From: Polyangiaceae bacterium
Lineage (GTDB): Bacteria > Myxococcota_A > Polyangia > Polyangiales > Polyangiaceae
Assembly: GCA_050287085.1 (NCBI GenBank)
Contig: JBNKBE010000002.1
Span: 192,001-256,000, forward strand
DNA: 64,000 nt
Direction of reading: 5' to 3'
In this document: piece after piece, positions 1 to 8,507 of the stretch
Position numbering within the stretch: position 1 is the first letter of the stretch
Layout: every line of letters starts with the position of its first letter
Notes under the pieces: model-generated
Databases searched by the model: none
Told to the model about the DNA's origin: nothing
Seen by the model: the letters and a program-made list of their open reading frames with translations, nothing else
Made by a program: the position numbers and the translations under genes

Positions 1-168
1 GAGATGCGTCAGGCAGGAGCACACACGCTGGGGCAGGATGAGGCGAGCTGTGTCGTCTACGGAATGCCGCGCGTTGCTTTCGAGTCGGGCGCGGTGGAGA
101 AGCAGCGCCCGCTCGACCAGATCGCGCCGGCCTTGGTGCAGCTCCTCTCGAAGACGCGAGCGGCCTAG
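1..168 (+). CDS. cheB: Chemotaxis methylesterase CheB, C-terminal end (gene starts before the window)
   Basis: Frame 1 reads [45 protein letters not shown]...* (TAG 166-168). [12 protein letters not shown] is the characteristic CheB C-terminal motif. Not in the ORF track because it is partial. Confidence 0.93.
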   Translation, partial: EMRQAGAHTLGQDEASCVVYGMPRVAFESGAVEKQRPLDQIAPALVQLLSKTRAA

Positions 169-244
169 GCCCGCGAATAATGGGCGCGGGCCCTTGGTTC
201 GCAAGCCTTGGGCTCTACCGGAGGCGCAGCCAATGGCTCCGCCT
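168..244. terminator. Two GC-rich hairpins between convergent cheB and cheX (possible terminator or RNA stability elements)
   Basis: GGCCCGCG(168-175)/CGCGGGCC(185-192) is a perfect 8-bp stem. AGGCGCAGCC(222-231)/GGCTCCGCCT(235-244) is a 10-bp stem with one mismatch. No U-tract follows either. Confidence 0.4.
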
Positions 245-308
245 AGGCTGGTGAGACCGAGGCGTGCGCGTTCTGCTGCATCCGCCCCAGTCGGCGCACC
301 CGCTTGAA

Positions 309-800
309 TCAGCGCACCAGCTTGATTTCTGGGCGCAATTCTACGCTTATGTGCAGTTGATCATCGTCGACCTGATAGCGGCGAGTGACCACGTCCTCCA
401 CGAATTCGATTTGACCAAAACCGGTTGCCGGCAGGCCCATGGTGATCTCTTGTTCCTCGTCCATGGCGCCTAGCGCTGCTCCTGCAATCGTGTTGAGCAG
501 TTCTCCCACGGTGTCGAGCAGGGTCTGATCACAGGTTGCTTCGTCACTGAGATAGAGTTCTTCAGCGAGGCGGCCAGCGAGTGAGCGCTGGGTCTGAAAC
601 GTGACGCGGCATGGGATGGGAGAAGATGCTTCTATCCTACCCCAGACGTCGCAGTCATGTATGTCCGGTGACTCCGCCTCGATCGCCTCCATGAACAACA
701 TGCCTTCAAGCGTTGTTGTCACCGAGGTGTCGATCGCCTCCCGTACCTCTTCGATGTCGAGCGTTGCCTTCATAATTGTTCTCGCGTCGGTTGTGGACAA
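309..800 (-). CDS. cheX: CheX-family chemotaxis phosphatase
   Basis: DTVGELLNTIAG matches the CheC/CheX E-x2-N phosphatase motif. About 155-163 aa (TTG at 800 or ATG at 773), downstream of cheY and cheD. Confidence 0.75.
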   Translation of the reverse strand: MSTTDARTIMKATLDIEEVREAIDTSVTTTLEGMLFMEAIEAESPDIHDCDVWGRIEASSPIPCRVTFQTQRSLAGRLAEELYLSDEATCDQTLLDTVGELLNTIAGAALGAMDEEQEITMGLPATGFGQIEFVEDVVTRRYQVDDDQLHISVELRPEIKLVR

Positions 801-948
801 CGAACCAAGCCAGCTGGCGTCGGCTCATCGCCTTGACCTAGGATGCTGCGCTCGGGCCGATTCTGATTGTGTTCTTTGCTGTGCCGCGTCGCTGAAGTTG
901 CGTGGTCCAAGGCGTTTCGTTGGACAACGCTCCAATGCCCGATCGCTA

Positions 949-1335
949 TCAGGCCATCAGCGGCTTGAGCGCGGCGGCGGCCATTACCGGAGTTGGGGGC
1001 TTCTTGAGCACGCTAGAGGCACCAAGCTCTGTGAGTTCGTCGTTCATTCTAGAGTTGAAGGCGCTGCTGACGACGATGATTGGCACGTTCTTCATTCGGT
1101 CCGACGCTCGCATCCGGCGTATCAGCTCGTCACCCTTGATCTCGGGCATGTTGAGGTCCGTAATCACCAGATCGAAGTCCTCAACGCTCAGCTTGTCGAG
1201 TACTTCGGCGCCGCTCGCGACCTCCACGATTTCAGCGTCCGCAAGACCGGCGGCCTCGAAACACCGCCGGACGAACATGCGTGCGGTGGCAGAATCGTCT
1301 GCGATGATAACCCTTTTCATGACTCCTGTTTCCAT
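949..1335 (-). CDS. cheY: Single-domain response regulator (CheY-like)
   Basis: IIADDS, phosphoacceptor LVITDLNMP and KKP motifs; 128 aa; start overlaps the cheD stop. Confidence 0.85.
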   Translation of the reverse strand: METGVMKRVIIADDSATARMFVRRCFEAAGLADAEIVEVASGAEVLDKLSVEDFDLVITDLNMPEIKGDELIRRMRASDRMKNVPIIVVSSAFNSRMNDELTELGASSVLKKPPTPVMAAAALKPLMA

Positions 1336-1826
1336 CAGATCTTCCTATCCCCGCGTGCTGGATTACTCACCATGATTTCGGGGTTACCGACATTTACCGT
1401 CACCGTTCGGCTGTAGGTGTCACCTACGTCTTCACCCACAGCCGCGAGACCCACCTTCCACAGGTTCTTCTTGGTTGCGAGGATGTTCCGCTTTCCGATT
1501 TCCAGCGCTTCCGACGTAACGTTGGCGAGTACCTTGGCGCCCCCGGCGACCTTGACCACCCAGCGACGAGAGCGTTTTGCTCCAAGTGCTTCGAGGCCCT
1601 GTACCAAGGCCAAAATGCCCGTGTCGGCGAAGTATGCGGGTTGGCTCTTTCCTCGCTCGGGGTTTGTCTTTGAATCCGGGAGCACCAAGTGCAGCAAGCC
1701 GGTCGCGCCAGTCTGCGGATCGACGATCGTAACCCCAATGCAAGAGCCCAACGCGAAGGTCTTCAAGATGTCTCCGGGGGTGCCGCTGACTGCCATGTCA
1801 CCGACTCCAACTACGATAGTCGCCAC
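1335..1826 (-). CDS. cheD: Chemoreceptor glutamine deamidase CheD
   Basis: VGVGD...LGSCIGV...LLHLVLP...KVAGGA...IGKRN...EDVG motifs, with catalytic Cys and His. Likely start is GTG at 1826; the ORF-track extension to 2027 shows no CheD similarity. Confidence 0.92.
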   Translation of the reverse strand: MATIVVGVGDMAVSGTPGDILKTFALGSCIGVTIVDPQTGATGLLHLVLPDSKTNPERGKSQPAYFADTGILALVQGLEALGAKRSRRWVVKVAGGAKVLANVTSEALEIGKRNILATKKNLWKVGLAAVGEDVGDTYSRTVTVNVGNPEIMVSNPARGDRKI

Positions 1827-2069
1827 TAGGTACCTTGTAATCTTCCCGCAAGGAGTCCGTTGCCTCGCTGGCTGAAAAGAACGGCAACTGCTGGCGTCAG
1901 CTTTAGAAGTCGCGAGAAAAAGAGCAAGAGTCGTGTGTGCGTGAGCGATACAGGGTGGCCCAGATGCCTCTTGGTTACCGACACTGGCGCTGACGGCTGG
2001 CTCCAGCTGCTTAAGTTCGTTGCTCACAAGCCGTTCTCATCGCAATCGGACACACAGGAGCTGGAGGCG

Positions 2070-2438
2070 ATGAGGTACAAGGTATTGGTGGCGGACGATG
2101 ACTTGGTGACGCGAAAGGTGTTGGTCAAGTATCTCATGGGCAAAGGTTTAGATGTCATCCAAGCCTCGGACGGGTTCCGGGCGCGCGCCGTGCTCGAAGA
2201 CAATCCTGATATTCGATTGCTGATATCGGACGTCCTGATGCCAGTGATCGATGGTCGGGAGCTCATCAGCGGCCTCCGTCGCGACAAGCGCTTCGACGGG
2301 CTGCAGGTGTTGGTCATGAGCGCAACGGTTGGGGTCGGGGAAATAAGGAAGCTGCTGGAGATGGGGGCCAGTCGCTTCCTGGCAAAGCCCATCAACCTGG
2401 AAAAGTTGGGGCAGGAACTCGAAGCTATGATGACCTAG
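2070..2438 (+). CDS. Single-domain response regulator receiver protein
   Basis: MRYKVLVADDD...LLISDVLMP...MSA...LAKP. GGAGG ribosome-binding site just before ATG 2070. Divergent from cheD. Confidence 0.88.
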   Translation: MRYKVLVADDDLVTRKVLVKYLMGKGLDVIQASDGFRARAVLEDNPDIRLLISDVLMPVIDGRELISGLRRDKRFDGLQVLVMSATVGVGEIRKLLEMGASRFLAKPINLEKLGQELEAMMT

Positions 2439-2443
2439 GTCGT

Positions 2444-2466
2444 CCCCCCGGGGGGGGGGGGGGGGG
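2444..2466. repeat. C6-G17 homopolymer tract
   Basis: cccccc (2444-2449) followed by 17 G (2450-2466), intergenic between the receiver gene and yebC. Confidence 0.9.
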
Positions 2467-2615
2467 CCGGGCCGAGCGCGGCGCCGACTCGCCTTCAGGG
2501 AGGTTCGGCGGAGCCCGGAGGGGAGGCGTTGGGCCAGCTGGCCAACGGCTTGAACCCGACGCTTCATGCGCGACGTTGTCAGCCACCAGGCGGGGCTGAT
2601 AACAACGCGACCGAA

Positions 2616-3368
2616 ATGAGCGGTCACTCCAAATGGGCAACCATCAAGCGAAAGAAGGGCGCCAACGACGCCGCACGCGGCAAGCTGTTCACCCGTTTGA
2701 TCCGGGAGATCGTCATCGCGGCGCGGATGGGCGGCGGCGACATCAACGCCAATGCGCGGCTTCGCAAAGCGGTGAGCGATAGCAAGAAGAATCAGATGCC
2801 CGCTGATAAGATCGATCGCGCCATCAAGCGGGGCACGGGTGAGATCGCGGGCGAATCGTACGAAGAGGTGTTGTACGAGGGAACCGGTCCCGGCGGAACT
2901 CTGTTCCTGATCGAGGGTACCACCGACAACCGCAATCGCACGGCGGCTGAGTTTCGCAAGCTCTTTGACAAGCACAACGGTGCGTTGGCTGGAAGTGGTT
3001 CGGCGGCCTGGGCCTTCGAGCATCGCGGAGTCATCGAACTCGAGCCCGGTGTGACCGAAGAGCAGCTGATGGAAACCGCGGTAGAGGCGGGCGCTGACGA
3101 CTACGAGCAGAGCGATGAGGGCTGGTTGGTCTATACGGAGCTCGAGATGCTCGACGAAATCGTCAAGAGTCTCGAAGCCGCCGAGATTGTACCTCGTTCT
3201 TCCAAGCGAGCTTATCTGCCTAAGGCCAAGAAGGAAGTTCGCGGGCGAGATGCAGAGGTCTGCCTCAACCTGGCGGACGCCTTCGAGGAGCACGACGACG
3301 TTGCCAACGTCTATTCCGACTTTGACGTGCCCGACGACGAACTCGAGCGCATTGCTGGGGACGGATGA
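2616..3368 (+). CDS. yebC: YebC/PmpR (TACO1) family protein
   Basis: Starts MSGHSKWATIKRKKG; contains YEGTGPGG, TDNRNRT and EEHDDVANVY; about 250 aa. Confidence 0.96.
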   Translation: MSGHSKWATIKRKKGANDAARGKLFTRLIREIVIAARMGGGDINANARLRKAVSDSKKNQMPADKIDRAIKRGTGEIAGESYEEVLYEGTGPGGTLFLIEGTTDNRNRTAAEFRKLFDKHNGALAGSGSAAWAFEHRGVIELEPGVTEEQLMETAVEAGADDYEQSDEGWLVYTELEMLDEIVKSLEAAEIVPRSSKRAYLPKAKKEVRGRDAEVCLNLADAFEEHDDVANVYSDFDVPDDELERIAGDG

Positions 3369-3389
3369 GTGCTGTGCTGGCGCTGCTAG

Positions 3390-3431
3390 GGTTTCATACC
3401 GGTGGTTTCATACCGGTGGTGTCATACCAGT
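3390..3431. repeat. Three tandem copies of a 14-bp unit
   Basis: GGTTTCATACCGGT twice (3390-3417), then GGTGTCATACCAGT (3418-3431), between convergent yebC and CPBP genes. Confidence 0.85.
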
Positions 3432-3438
3432 GCGCCAG

Positions 3439-4098
3439 TCATAGCTGGACCCAGTTGGGGAGCGGTGTGCCAAGAAAGTAGCTGAATACCGCGTGCGCCA
3501 GGACGGCTGAGGAAAGCCTGCCGGTGGTGTGGACCAAGGCCGCCCACACGACGCCCATGACGGCTGCCGCTGCGACGACCAGTGGGTTCGGCCCGGCATG
3601 GGGGTCCTGAAGCGCAACCAGTGTTGGGACATGGGCCAGAGCGTATAGCGCGGCCGAGGCTGGAATGCTCCAGACGCCGATTCGTTGCCGCAGTTCGCGG
3701 AGCACTAGCCCGCGCCAGACGAGCTCCTCGCCCGCAACGGTAAGTAGGAGCAGGACGATGAAGAAGGGTTCTTTCTGGTAGGGACCCACGTGCCTGTATA
3801 GCTGCAATAGCCAGCTGAATCCGGCCGAGCCGGGGGCCGCCAGAGAGCGCAACGCCAGGGCGCCGCAGACCACTGACGCTCCTCCGAGTACGATGCCAAT
3901 CGAGGTATCGCCTCCCTGCACGCGGAGCGCCCGGCCGAGTTCCTTGTGGCGCTTGAGCTGCGCCAGCGCAAAGGGAGCGAGCAGGAGATAGGGGCCAAGA
4001 CCGATGACCCACATCTTCCAGGTGCCCGCAAAACCGGGCAGCAACGCGAAACCGCTGCCGGTGGCCACAGCCAGTACAACCAGGAGGATATTCTTCAT
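3439..4098 (-). CDS. CPBP family intramembrane metalloprotease (CAAX/Abi)
   Basis: Multiple hydrophobic segments with GEELVWRG, YALAH and AVLAH motifs. ATG 4098 overlaps the coaBC stop. Confidence 0.88.
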   Translation of the reverse strand: MKNILLVVLAVATGSGFALLPGFAGTWKMWVIGLGPYLLLAPFALAQLKRHKELGRALRVQGGDTSIGIVLGGASVVCGALALRSLAAPGSAGFSWLLQLYRHVGPYQKEPFFIVLLLLTVAGEELVWRGLVLRELRQRIGVWSIPASAALYALAHVPTLVALQDPHAGPNPLVVAAAAVMGVVWAALVHTTGRLSSAVLAHAVFSYFLGTPLPNWVQL

Positions 4099-5318
4099 GA
4101 CGGTACGAGGGTAGGGTGCCCGTTCTGCTCTGCCAGCTGCTGCACCAGCCAACTCATGATGGCCTGAGCGACGTCAGTTTTCGGGCGCCGTGAGATCGGG
4201 GTTATGCCACTGGTGGTGATGAGCTGCACTCGATTCTCGTCCTTGCCAAGGGCGTCCTCGGCGTGGTTGGCGACCACCAGGTCGACGCGCTTGGCTGCCA
4301 ACTTCTTCTGCGCGTAGGCTGCCACCTCGGAGTCGGTTCCGGTCTCGACAGCAAACGCGACGAGTACGGGGCGAGGCCCAGTTCTCTGAGCACCGAGTTC
4401 GGCGATGAGGTCCGGATTGGGCACCAGCTCCAAGTGCGTGGGGCCCGAACGTTTCAGCTTTCTCTCGCTGATGGACGCGGCTCGGTAGTCTCCCACCGCG
4501 GCGGCCATGATGACCGCGTCCGCGCCAGGGGTTAGGGCCGCAAGCGCCGCCCGCAATTCGAGCGCCGACCGGAAGTCGGTGCGCGTCACTCCGGGAGGGG
4601 TCGGAAGCGCCACGGGCCCAGCCAAGAGCGTGACCTCGGCGCCCAGGTGCGCAGCGGCACCGGCGATGGCAAAGCCCATCTTGCCTGACGAGCGATTGCT
4701 GAGAAAGCGGACTGGATCAAGGTCCTCTACAGTGGGGCCGGCTGTGACCACCACCTGCCGCCCCGCGAGCGGACCCTCCACGCGGCCTTCGTCGGCGAGA
4801 GAGGCGATGAGCGTTGCGAGCGTCTCAGGTTCTGTCAGGCGGCCGACTCCATGTTCACCCGAGGCTACCTCACCGGCTTCGGGGCCGATCAGGTGCACTC
4901 CGTCAGCGGCGAGTTGGGCGGCGTTGCGCTGCGTCGCTTTGGCGGTCCACATGCTTGGATGCATGGCGGGGGCTACGACGAGCGGGCCTCGAAAACACAG
5001 CGCGGTGGCGCTAAGAGCGTCCTGCGCCAGACCTTGGGCAAGCCGCGCGAGCGTTGCCGCTGTGCATGGGGCGACCACCATGATGCGGGCCTCCCGCGCC
5101 AGCGCGACGTGGGCTTCGCCGGGCTCACCAAAGAGAGACCGCAAAACGCGACGTCCCGTCAGGGCGCTGAAGGTCTCTTCCCCGACGAAGCGCGTGGCCG
5201 CCTCCGTCATCAGGACCTGGACGGCGAAGCCACGTCGGAGGAGCAGACGCGTGAGGAGGACGGACTTGTAGGCCGCGACGCTTCCACTCACACCTAGCAG
5301 ACACAAGGGGGCTGACAT
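4095..5318 (-). CDS. coaBC: Bifunctional phosphopantothenoylcysteine decarboxylase/ligase
   Basis: LGVSGSVAAYK, PAMHPSMW, VTAGPTVEDLDPVRFLSNRSSGKMG and AAAVGDY motifs; 407 aa. Confidence 0.96.
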   Translation of the reverse strand: MSAPLCLLGVSGSVAAYKSVLLTRLLLRRGFAVQVLMTEAATRFVGEETFSALTGRRVLRSLFGEPGEAHVALAREARIMVVAPCTAATLARLAQGLAQDALSATALCFRGPLVVAPAMHPSMWTAKATQRNAAQLAADGVHLIGPEAGEVASGEHGVGRLTEPETLATLIASLADEGRVEGPLAGRQVVVTAGPTVEDLDPVRFLSNRSSGKMGFAIAGAAAHLGAEVTLLAGPVALPTPPGVTRTDFRSALELRAALAALTPGADAVIMAAAVGDYRAASISERKLKRSGPTHLELVPNPDLIAELGAQRTGPRPVLVAFAVETGTDSEVAAYAQKKLAAKRVDLVVANHAEDALGKDENRVQLITTSGITPISRRPKTDVAQAIMSWLVQQLAEQNGHPTLVPS

Positions 5319-5612
5319 GGCGGTGGCCTATATCAGTTCGGGAGCCGGGTGCCCACCGCTTGCGCCCCGTGCTCGCGCGCCCAAAGCAGGGCGCGTCGGC
5401 CCCGTGAGGTGTGTGGGTGTGTGAGCCTGTGGGGTGTGCTGGGCAAATTCCCGCATCTACGCAGACCGGAATCGCGTTTCGTGATAGAGTCACGCTCTCC
5501 GGAAACAAAGAAAACGCTACTGATCTGGCGCAACGCCACCTAGGTAGCTATCACTCTGGGAGCGGATCTTCCGAGTGGTTTTGGATTTCCGCAGTCGCTG
5601 GCCGCGAGCGCT

Positions 5613-7094
5613 ATGACGGACGGGAAGACGGAAAACGAGGTGACACCACGCGTAGTTGGACGCTACGCGCTCTTCGACGAAATCGCATCGGGGGGCATGG
5701 CAACCGTTCATATCGGGCGCCTCGTGGGCCAGGTTGGGTTCTCGCGCACCGTTGCTGTCAAGCGCCTGCACCCGCAATACGCCAAGGACGAAGAGTTCGT
5801 CTCGATGTTTGTAGATGAGGCGCGGCTTGCATCCCGCATCCAGCATCCGAACGTCGTTTCCACTTTGGACGTCGTCAAGACTCAGGACGAGCTCTTTCTT
5901 GTGATGGAGTACGTTCAGGGCGAGGCGCTCAGTCGGCTTGTTCGTTTGGCAGCGCGGCGTGGTGAACGTCTGCCTCCCGAGATTGTCGTCAGCGTGATGA
6001 GCGGCATGTTGCATGGCTTGCACGCCGCGCACGAGGCGAAGAGCGAGACGCGTGAGCCTCTCAACATCGTCCATCGCGACATCTCTCCGCAGAACGTACT
6101 GGTGGGCGTGGATGGCGTTGCGCGTGTTCTTGATTTCGGGGTCGCCAAGGCGGCCTTGCGCTCCGGGGCTACGCGCGACGGCCAGATGAAGGGCAAGCTC
6201 AGCTACATGTCGCCCGAGCAGCTCAATGGCCGCGAGGTCGATCGGCGCGGTGACGTGTTTGCGGCGGGTGTCGTGCTGTGGGAGGCGCTCGCGGGCAAGC
6301 GGCTATTTGCCGGGGCCGATGCCGGGGAGATCCTTGCCAAAGTCTTGGCGGCGGATATCACTCCGCCTCACGTCCTTGTGCCGGCCATCCCGCGGGCTGT
6401 CAGCGACGCGGTAATGCGAGCTCTTCAGCGCGAACCCGAAGCGCGTTTTCAGACCGCTCGCGATTTCGCGGTGGCACTCGAGCAATCGGGGGCGATTGCG
6501 ACCACTCATGCGGTGGGCGAATGGGTACGAGAAAACGGGGGCGACGAGCTCGCCAAACGCGCCAACATCGTAGCTCAGGTGGAGAGCCATCCGATGGACC
6601 GCCTCGCCGAGTTGCAAGCTCGGCGGGAGCTGGAAGATGAGACGAGCGATAGGACGAGCGGGGTATTGCCGCCCGTTCATGGTGAGATCGAAGGCGGCGG
6701 TCGTCCGCGTTTCATCGTCACCGCGACGATGATCGCGATGGGCGCCGGATTGGGGCTCTTTCTCGGATTCGACCTATTCAACGGGGGAGCCGGGCCCTCG
6801 TCCACCGTGGCCCAAGGCGTGGGTGCTTATCCCGGTCAGCTACCGAGCGTCGAGCTTCCGCAACCCCCACCTTCCGCGGTCCCCGACGCTGGGAAACATT
6901 CTGTGCAGGGGGCGGAAACGGCGTCGCGCGAAGCACTGGGGGCCAACGATGGGCCAGAAGGCGCCGCTGGCCGCGCGAACGAGCCTCCTCCTCAGCGTCC
7001 GCCGCGACCTCGCTATCGCCCCTCGCGTCCCGACTGTCGCGTCCCGTGGAAATTCGTGAACGGCATCAAGAAGCCGAAACCTGAGTGTTTGTGA
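5613..7094 (+). CDS. Membrane-anchored Hanks-type Ser/Thr protein kinase
   Basis: IASGGMATV, VAVKRL, HRDISPQN, DFG, GKLSYMSPEQ and DVFAAG motifs. One TM segment near aa 370-390, then a Pro-rich region and a C-terminal C-x17-C tail (DCRVPWKFVNGIKKPKPECL). Confidence 0.96.
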   Translation: MTDGKTENEVTPRVVGRYALFDEIASGGMATVHIGRLVGQVGFSRTVAVKRLHPQYAKDEEFVSMFVDEARLASRIQHPNVVSTLDVVKTQDELFLVMEYVQGEALSRLVRLAARRGERLPPEIVVSVMSGMLHGLHAAHEAKSETREPLNIVHRDISPQNVLVGVDGVARVLDFGVAKAALRSGATRDGQMKGKLSYMSPEQLNGREVDRRGDVFAAGVVLWEALAGKRLFAGADAGEILAKVLAADITPPHVLVPAIPRAVSDAVMRALQREPEARFQTARDFAVALEQSGAIATTHAVGEWVRENGGDELAKRANIVAQVESHPMDRLAELQARRELEDETSDRTSGVLPPVHGEIEGGGRPRFIVTATMIAMGAGLGLFLGFDLFNGGAGPSSTVAQGVGAYPGQLPSVELPQPPPSAVPDAGKHSVQGAETASREALGANDGPEGAAGRANEPPPQRPPRPRYRPSRPDCRVPWKFVNGIKKPKPECL

Positions 7095-7169
7095 TCTGAC
7101 GGAGTTTGGTCAACGCTCTTGGTTGACTGGACTCTGCTCGCGGCGCGGGTCGCGACACTCGGCAGTCCC

Positions 7170-7201
7170 GTGGGCGATTCTGCGGCCGATTCGCCCACTT
7201 T
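7170..7201 (+). terminator. Hairpin with short T-run after the kinase gene
   Basis: GTGGGCGA(7170-7177)...TCGCCCAC(7191-7198), followed by TTT. Confidence 0.4.
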
Positions 7202-7272
7202 CAGACTGTCCCACGAGCAAATGCTGATACGCTTCAGCGGATCCTGGGCGCTTGCGCCAAGGGGCCCCGCTC

Positions 7273-8364
7273 ATGCCGAATCAGAAAAAACCCGGTTGCG
7301 ACGTATCATCCCATCCCAGAGACGTTCATCACCCTAGCCCTGTATCGGCGCGCGGGTATTGCGGGCATCTCACGCGTGGCGGATTGCCCCGGACAGGCGG
7401 CGCGCGCCTTCGCTGGCTCGCGGCTTTGGCTCTAGGCATGGCCTCTGTGCCGGTCTCCTCCCCGGCCTCGGCTCAAGATGATGCCAGCATCCAGGCGTGC
7501 GCGACCGCCTACGAGCAAGCTCAGGTGACACGCAACAATGGCCAATTGGTCGAAGCCCAATCACACCTGATGGTCTGCGTCCAGGACAGCTGCCCGACCT
7601 TTGTCAAGAGCGACTGTGGGCGTTGGCTTACTGAGCTGAAGCGCGAGATCCCGTCCGTCATCTTCTCCGCGCAGGACTACCGCGGTGAGGATGTCACCGA
7701 CGCACAGTTGACGATTGACGGCGTACCGGTTGCGGAGGGCTTGTCGGGTATTCCGATCGAGCTCAATCCGGGGCGCCATACCGTTGTTCTGGTCTTAGGT
7801 GATCAAAGTCATGAGCGCGCCCTCGTCGTGCGCCAGTCGGAGAAGAATCGAGTCTTTACCGTTGAGCTGCCGGCACCCGATGTCGATCAGGACGGTATCC
7901 CGGACCCCCAAGATGCTTGTCCGACCGAGGCCGGAGTGCGTGCCTATCGCGGTTGCGCGGCAGCGCCCGTGGCCGCACCGAGCGTTGTTGCTGTGCCCCA
8001 ACCCGCGGCGGACGGTGGCCGCCTGCGCACGGGCGCGTACATCGCTTGGGGGCTAGGGGCAGCGGGCTTCGCCACGTTTGCGGTTTTCGGCTTGATTGGC
8101 CGCTCGCGTACCGAATCGGGGATCGATGAGTGCAAAGCCGACTTGGACGCCTGTCAGACCAACGGAGATGCGGCGCGGCTATTTAATGAAGTGGACCGCA
8201 GTAACATGATTGCCAATATCGGTGTTGGCGTGGGCGCAGCGGGGGCGCTGCTCGGAGGTGTCATGTTCTATCTTGGCTATCGAGCCGACCATGATAGTGC
8301 AGTGACTGTTGACGTTCAGCCGTCAACGGCTGGTGGCACGCTGTCTTTGCGGGGCCGCTTCTAA
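7273..8364 (+). CDS. Exported protein: Cys-rich TPR-like N-terminus, PEGA-like beta domain, TSP3-like Ca-binding repeat, hydrophobic hairpin, C-terminal Phe
   Basis: Signal-like segment ending PASA-QD; helical CATAYEQAQ...C..C..C; IDG...IELNPGRHTV (PEGA-like); DVDQDGIPDPQDACP; two Gly-rich hydrophobic helices; ends GGTLSLRGRF. Start codon uncertain. Confidence 0.7.
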   Translation: MPNQKKPGCDVSSHPRDVHHPSPVSARGYCGHLTRGGLPRTGGARLRWLAALALGMASVPVSSPASAQDDASIQACATAYEQAQVTRNNGQLVEAQSHLMVCVQDSCPTFVKSDCGRWLTELKREIPSVIFSAQDYRGEDVTDAQLTIDGVPVAEGLSGIPIELNPGRHTVVLVLGDQSHERALVVRQSEKNRVFTVELPAPDVDQDGIPDPQDACPTEAGVRAYRGCAAAPVAAPSVVAVPQPAADGGRLRTGAYIAWGLGAAGFATFAVFGLIGRSRTESGIDECKADLDACQTNGDAARLFNEVDRSNMIANIGVGVGAAGALLGGVMFYLGYRADHDSAVTVDVQPSTAGGTLSLRGRF

Positions 8365-8507
8365 GGCATCGACGGCTTGCTCTAAGGGCCCGCTGAAAGG
8401 AAGTCACTCGCGCTCCGGTCGAGAGCGCCGCGGAGTGAGGGCTCGGCCAGTGCAACCGGACTTTCCCGTTCCCGGACCCTTGGCATTGGGCATGTGTATC
8501 CTCTGCG

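Noticed and set aside
1827..2069. N-terminal extensions of cheD (to 2027) and of the receiver (from 1860) in the ORF track
   Set aside because: The extensions overlap each other head-to-head and show no family similarity. The region is better read as a divergent promoter.
4830..4975. CoaC active-site variant (PAMH instead of PAMN; ASG instead of ACG)
   Set aside because: Cys-less and His-containing variants occur in CoaBC of other phyla, so this is not evidence of inactivation or novelty.
8365..8507. Structured RNA (cobalamin riboswitch or RNase P-like GGAAAGTCCGG on the minus strand)
   Set aside because: Only a short motif matches, the region is a 3'-3' gap of about 140 bp, and the other conserved elements are absent.
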